64,000 bases of DNA from Selaginella moellendorffii. Lineage: Eukaryota > Plantae > Lycopodiophyta. Each line of letters begins with the position of its first letter. The first letter of the stretch is position 1. Below are positions 58,130 to 64,000 of this stretch, piece after piece. Location of the stretch: the NCBI RefSeq assembly GCF_000143415.4, contig NW_003314304.1, forward strand, positions 697,587 to 761,586, read 5' to 3'. Both the position numbers and the translations under genes were made by a program. The notes beneath the pieces were generated by a model. The model was not told where the DNA came from and ran no database searches. It saw only the letters and a program-made list of their open reading frames with translations.

Positions 58130-60250
58130 CTTGAAACATCAAGCACATCCGTCGTCGTTGGCGATTAAGATCCTGACCATAAAAGCGGGATATATGTTCT
58201 CCAAGAAAAAGCATTCAGTTAAATGCGTAAGAGCACCAAATACTGAGTGTACAATGAGCAACATATCGACAATTCCTTGTGTATGTGAGGAAAAACACAT
58301 ACCAGCGGCAAGTTTGTATGAGATTCCAAGCTCTATAGCTGCAAAACCAGAGATCCAACGCAGTGATGAGACAAGATGCTCTCGAAGTATGACGTGGTGC
58401 TGACAGGCACACGACATTACCATGGAAAATTCAGCAAAGAGAAAAGATCGACACCTGGGGATCAGAATGCGCCCAAGCCCAAGCTACACGTGGCAAAATC
58501 CAAAACACCCATGACGAGAACGTCTCCCATGTATGGCAAATCCGGGACTTTCGATTCCATGCGCGGGACCCAACGACGCTAGTTTTTGATCGAATTCCAG
58601 TGTGGGACGTGGTTTGCTTAAATTCCATTGTCATGGAATGTGATTATTTCGGCGTATGGAGATTTTCTCGAAGCAAAGAAGCTATTCGATAGGATGGAAC
58701 GAGATTCTCACAACAAAAGACTGATCAATCCAGACTCGACGATCGTTGCGCAGAGATCTTGATGAAGCACGAAAGTTCTTTGCGAGGACGACACCGTGTC
58801 ATGAGCAACACTTACCAACTCATTTGCGTAGCATGGCTGCACTATTCTAGCAAAATAAACATTTACAAGGATGTCAAACTGCGATCAATCTCTTTGATTC
58901 AATGACCGTTTTTCTAACAAAGACAATACTCGTCAAGGAAAGAAGAGAAAGAACAAAAACGAGAAAGGAGAAAAGCTCGAGATTAACAATTAGTTCTTCG
59001 CTATGTTTTTCTTCTGTGATTTTCACAAGATTTCTTGCAAGGTTTAGGGTTTAGGGAGGAGCTCTTGTTCCTCAGAGCTCACTGTAGCAATCGTTCCAGC
59101 AATCGAGCTCCACCTTTGTCTTGCGTGGAACTACCGGTTCTGGAAGCTCTCGGCGGTTTCCAGGCCTCCGCAGCTGGCGTACATGTCGAGCAGTGCGGTT
59201 GTGAGCACTGCATTGTCTTCCAGACCACCGGTCTCTGGTAGAGGAGCTTGCCTTGCACTGGAGCTGGAATGCTCGAGCAGGCACTCCATCTGTAAGCAGT
59301 GACGCCATCCAGCTGCATTCTCACGAAGAGCGACAGAGTCATCTCCAGATCCCCGGCTTGGGCGTGAGCCGAGACGATGGACGTCCAGGAGCTCACGTTC
59401 TTGCTCGCCATCTTTCAAAAATTTCCCGAACGCCCTCTAGTCTCCCAAGCTTGGTGTTCAGGAGCGAGTGCCACAAGGGTATGTTGGAAGCAAACTTGCT
59501 CTCTTCGATCAGTTGAGTGGCAATTACTTCTGGAAGATCTTTCTGACCAGAGCAAGCAAGAGCGAAGCAGAGAAATCAACAGTGACGCAAGTCACCGGAG
59601 ATGGCTTTACTCGATCCAGCTCCATCCGTGTCAACAGCAACAACGCCTCGACAAAATGCCTATTCTGCGCAGAAGCAGAGACCACGAGAAAAGATCTCTG
59701 TTCCAGATGCCCGCAAACACTTTAAATGCTAGATCAAGCTTGCCTGTAGTATCGTGTTTCCCACGAACTGGTCTTCAGCGCCTCGCGGAAACAAAGTTGT
59801 GCACGCGACGAATTTGTGCTAGACTATTCTCTTGTACGGACCATTTGAGAAGAGACACAGAGGCTCTCGACACTGCCGGGTTGACATCCACGGTTCGCGA
59901 CTGATCTCCATATCTTCGCTTCCATCCAGGTCTCCATGAACTTGGCATTCACAGATTCGAATCCGCTGCAAACTCATCTAGCAGGATCGATGTATCCCAT
60001 GACCAAGGAGCAAGCTCTAAACCAAGAACTCCCCAAGAACAATCTGTGGTCCTCCCCAATCAAAAATGGCTTGCGCTGGCTGTTCCCGGTGAGCCCATCC
60101 GCAAACTTGTAGAGGCAATCTGTATAACATTTCTAGGGTTATATGGCAATAGCTTTCGTTCTTATCATGGTCAACTCTTTAAAGTCTTGAATCTGGAAGG
60201 CTTCATGGGATCGCTTGCTGCCCGACACGTTGGCTTCAATGGTTTCTGAC
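58130..60250 (-). repeat. Mosaic gene-fragment repeat, copy IV (mostly inverted), inserted in the methylesterase array
   Basis: 58660..59100 is the reverse complement of parts of 34990..35710; 59100..59960 matches the PPR remnant in reverse; 60000..60120 matches 41910..42060 in reverse; 60175..60250 matches 37822..37935 directly. Confidence 0.75.
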
Positions 60251-60352
60251 TAAGATCTAAGCCTGTTTTAAACCCTAGAATGCAAAAGGCTTATAGATAT
60301 GCGCCATTCTTCAAATAAATTGCTTATTTTGGTGCCACAAGGGATCTTGTTA

Positions 60353-61320
60353 TTAAGCCAGAGACAATAACAACCTCACCAAAGAATGTGGGGTGGAGAA
60401 GAATGGCGAGTGATCACTGTCAAGCGTTAAGACTTGGAATGGAGGGTTTTCATGAATCATTTGCTCTTGACGCGCCCGGAAAATCGTTCGATCCTGAAGA
60501 GTTTTGATGAAGTAACGAGGAACACGTCCATAGTTGGCAGAGGTGAAGTTCACGGCAGCATCGAACAGCGGGAATGGCTTAAGCAGTGATTTCGCCAAAA
60601 CAACATCCTACTTACAGTACGTGAAAGTATCTGTTAATGCAAACTTCTAAACTTTGTTTCTTTACCTGTGAAGGAGATTTGTTATATAACACTTGTTGGG
60701 CGCGGTCTAGATTAAATGCAGCAGCCGTAGGTACCATGGAGCCATTTGAAAAGATCATTTTCAAGTTGCCCGGAGTTCCCTTTCATAATGAAAGCAAAAA
60801 ACATAAAATATAAAAATAAACATAGCCAATAAAAATAATTACCGGCTGGTTGAAGATTTCCCGAGCCCGACTTGCATTGTGGGAAAACATAAAAGCAGCG
60901 AGATAAACAGCTTTGGAGATTCGGCTAGGAATTTTCTCCAAGGCGTATGTAAGCGTGATTCCTCCTAAGCTATGTCCGACCAAGATCACCTGAAAAAGCG
61001 AGAAACTCAAATTCGCCCAAAAACTTGCACAAACTTACTGTGTCATTCAGAGAGTCAAGCATCTGGATCAAAGGAGCCGAATAATTCTCCACACTACCAA
61101 CAGTGGTAGCATCGACACTGCTCGTTCCAGCACTGACCAGATCCAATGTATCCACTCGGTGACCGGATTGTTCCAACTCATTCGCGATTTTGTACCAGCA
61201 CCACGCACCATGCCCAGCTCCATGAACAAGAACAAAGTGGTGTTTCTTGGCATCCACCGAGAATGGGAATTGGAGAAGAAAGAGAACAAATATGCCCAAG
61301 AAAACCGCAATGCATCCCAT
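60353..61320 (-). CDS. Methylesterase, type C, 4 exons, signal peptide-like N-terminus
   Basis: MGCIAVFLGIFVLFLLQFPFSVDA; HFVLVHGAGHGAWCWYK; GHSLGG; QDRTI; SDHSPFFS. Confidence 0.88.
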
Positions 61321-61323
61321 CAC

Positions 61324-61330
61324 AGAGAGA

Positions 61331-61375
<45 letters not shown>

Positions 61376-61556
61376 AATGTAGTTGACGTGCATACCTTTT
61401 AAAACTTATGCGGTCCCATGCAAAAGAGAGTAGGAATGTAGGTGACGCACATACCTTTCAAAACTTATGGTCCCATGCAAGACCACAGAGAGAGAGAGAG
61501 GAATGTAGATGACGCGCATACCTTTTAAAAACTTATGCGGTCCCATGCAAGACCAA
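61324..61556. repeat. (GA)n microsatellite followed by three ~60-bp tandem units interspersed with GA runs
   Basis: GAATGTAG.TGACG..CATACCTTT.AAAACTTATG..GTCCCATGCAA x3. Confidence 0.85.
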
Positions 61557-61924
61557 AGAGATCTAGTTTGACTTTAAAAAGAATATACTTAAACTTAATA
61601 TATTTTTTACGAATATTCATTTGGGGCCGTCCATCAGCCGATTCGAAGAGCCAATTGAACCAGTTCAAGCAAGAGCATACTCACGCAACGATGCCATGGA
61701 AAAGACCACTCCTACCTTTCAAGAGAGGAGATGTGGTAGTTGCGATGCTCAATTCTTTCGAGGAGGAAAAGCCTAGTTGCTTGACGATAAAAGACTCTCA
61801 GTTGCAAGCTTTGGAAGCTTTGGAACGTTGTCGGCCGAAGGCCTTGCAAACTAGCTTAAGGACGTCCACGGCCTCCAAGAAGATTTCCTCCTTGTTTGTG
61901 CTAACAAGTGATGGTTTGGCTTGG

Positions 61925-62060
61925 CTACATTGTCACACAGTCTCTTAGAGCTGTTGAAGGACTATTATATATCAGCAGAGTTATCACGAGGCTCTTGGAC
62001 TGCTGATTCTACTCATTGTGGTTGTAGTACTCGATCGACTCAAATGTCAAACTGCTCTGG
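61925..62060 (+). pseudogene. Inverted, decayed fragment of an ASPM-like exon
   Basis: VVVLDRLKCQTAL and CTGTTGAAGGACTA..GAGGCTCTTGGAC match the exon at ~50680..50815 in reverse. Confidence 0.8.
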
Positions 62061-62458
62061 TATGGCGGATCAAATTCTGTTCGCAGAGATTGGTAAACAA
62101 ACAAAGATTTAGACTTTTATTTGCTTTTATTAACAGATATTTAACTGTAACTATGGACGTGTTCCTCGTTACTTCGTCAGAACTCTCCTGGATCGAGCGC
62201 AGTGGCTCGTCAAGAGTAAATTTCACGAAAACCATCTATTCCAAATCTTAACACTTGGCACTCGCCATTTGCTTTAGTGGGGTTGCTATTGTCTCTGCTA
62301 TGGAATAATCCAGCAAGAAGTTCGTGTCCAAGCGAAAAAGCTCCGGTCAGGAAAAGGCTATAGACAATAACTTCTGAACAACTAGTGACCATATATTTCA
62401 CCACATTTTCAATACTTCTATACAGTTTTTCTTGAGTGGCAGAATTTGTATTGCTACA

Positions 62459-63429
62459 ATGGTTCATCTCTTTATCTATTGGATTCTCCTTGCCTGCGCG
62501 ATCCTCGCACAAGCAAGCAACCAGGAATCTAGTAAGTTCCACTTTGTTCTAGTGCATGGAGCTGGCCATGGAGCATGGTGCTGGTATAAAGTCACACAAG
62601 AGCTTGAGAAACAGGGCCACAAAGTGGATGCACTGGATTTAACCAGCGCTGGAAAGAGTGGTGTGGATGCACTTGCAGTGGATAGCTTGGAGACTTACTC
62701 GGTTCCTTTGGTTCAACTGCTTGAATCACTTCCACCAAAGGAAAAGGTAATACATCTATTTTATCAAGGAATGACTGTAAATTGTATGAAATTTCCAGGT
62801 GATTTTAGTTGGGCATAGTCTAGCAGGTCTTTCACTTACATATGCCATGGAAAAGTTTCCAGAGAGAATTTCTGGATCCTTTTTTGTAACTGCACTTATG
62901 TTCACTTCAAACGCAACTCAAGCTCGACAAGATTTCAACCAGGTACTGAATCCTGAATCATATTATTATTTTGTCATTTTATAATATTCCATATTGCAGA
63001 TTTTTCAAGGAATTCAACCATATATCACACCTCTATTTCGCAATGGCTCTTCTTCAACACCTGCTGCTGCTTCCTTCCGGCTAGAGTTTGTTCGAAAAGT
63101 TCTGTACCATAAATCTCCTCCACAGGTGATCGTACTATGTCAATGCTCCTTCGTAATCTTTTCTATCATTACAGGATGTTGTCCTCGCCAAATCGATTCT
63201 AAAGCCATTCCCGATTCTTGACCCTGCGGTGAGCTTCACCGCAGCAAACTATGGAAGTGTTCCTCGCTACTTTATCAAAGCCACGGAAGATCGCGCCATT
63301 CCACTGGAAAGGCAAGAGGACATGATCAGGAAGACTCCTCCGTTCAAGGTTCTAAAGCTTCCTTCAGACCACTCTCCATTTTTCTCAATGCCCAAGAGCT
63401 TAGTTCACTCTATCATGTCAGTGCTCTAG
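62459..63429 (+). CDS. Methylesterase, type B (inverted copy), 4 exons, signal peptide-like N-terminus
   Basis: MVHLFIYWILLACAILAQAS; HGAGHGAWCW; GHSLAG; EDRAI; SDHSPFFS. Confidence 0.88.
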
Positions 63430-63521
63430 CTCAAGAGACCAATTCAATGTCTCAAACAGTGCAAAGTTTTTTAAACTGTAACGAATATACTCCGAATATC
63501 CGTTTAGGGTTCTTGAGCAAA

Positions 63522-63977
63522 ATGGGGAAGCTGGGCAGGATCTATCATCCCGGGTGCTCACAGGGCGATGCCAAGACGTACGCGCTGGCGATCGTCCGTG
63601 CGATCCAGGAATGCGGCGCGCTTACGTCGCATCAGCTGTGGGATCACGCCCAGGCCGAGGGGATTCGCACCAAGCGCCAACTAAAGCAATTCCTGCGGTG
63701 GATGAAGCAAGAGCACCTGGTGAGCACCGTCGAGCTTCCAGCCCATGGCGACAACCGCGTCTACAAGCTCCCGGACAGGATCCGCGACGATGCCATCTCT
63801 GGGGTGAGCGCTGCGGCGGGGAGGATCGAGACGCCGGAAAAGGAGTACAAGATTGATCTTGGCGAGATCTGGCTCAAGAACAATCCTCGCGAGCAGCTAA
63901 CCAAGTACGAGCTCCGCCTCCAGGCGCGAGAGGAGAGGCGCGGCCTAGCTCCACTCATGCCTTTCTGGGATATTTGA
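63522..63977 (+). CDS. Small basic protein resembling plant mitoribosomal mL80-like (winged-helix-like) proteins
   Basis: Intronless, GC-rich 151 aa ORF with a telo-box (TTTAGGGTT ~63503) just upstream. AIVRAIQECGALTSHQLWDHAQAEGIRTKRQLKQFLRWMK resembles the recalled I..HGPLT....W......G...K.HMK..LRWM pattern. Confidence 0.5.
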   Translation: MGKLGRIYHPGCSQGDAKTYALAIVRAIQECGALTSHQLWDHAQAEGIRTKRQLKQFLRWMKQEHLVSTVELPAHGDNRVYKLPDRIRDDAISGVSAAAGRIETPEKEYKIDLGEIWLKNNPREQLTKYELRLQAREERRGLAPLMPFWDI

Positions 63978-64000
63978 GACAAGAGATCTGGTAGTTGCGA

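Noticed and set aside
57143-58130. Possible element insertion next to the type B methylesterase
   Set aside because: No TIR, LTR or TSD and no protein motif could be established.
61371-61556. Repeats with spacers as a CRISPR-like array
   Set aside because: Eukaryotic context, degenerate ~60-bp units, spacers are only GA runs, and there are no cas genes.

Overview
This is compact, gene-dense plant nuclear DNA. Introns of about 50-80 bp, GC-rich single-exon PLS/SS-type PPR genes and tiny intergenic spaces point to the lycophyte Selaginella (probably S. moellendorffii); that assignment is an inference. Apparently intact genes are an LRR-XI receptor kinase, two PLS-E PPR genes, an intronless archaeal-type AAA/P-loop ATPase, a SAPS/PP6 regulatory subunit, a PAP2 lipid phosphatase, an extensin-like protein, MED16/SFR6, an ASPM/Asp-like IQ protein, five SABP2/methylesterase-type hydrolases and a probable mL80-like protein. 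These are interleaved with rearranged accessory DNA: a ~10 kb insert flanked by a 2.3 kb direct duplication, a ~1.2 kb PPR-derived inverted repeat, a mosaic gene-fragment repeat present 3-4 times, pseudogenes (ACX4, PSAT1, PPR, MES) and decayed LINE and gypsy-type fragments. The most notable candidates are (1) a tandem cluster of methylesterases that all carry signal-peptide-like N-termini and are arranged as a duplicated three-gene cassette, (2) a PPR-derived foldback that could be an hpRNA or proto-miRNA locus, and (3) the intronless ATPase, which has a dense telo-box/MSA promoter and sits inside the inserted segment. All homology calls come from motif recognition, not from database searches.
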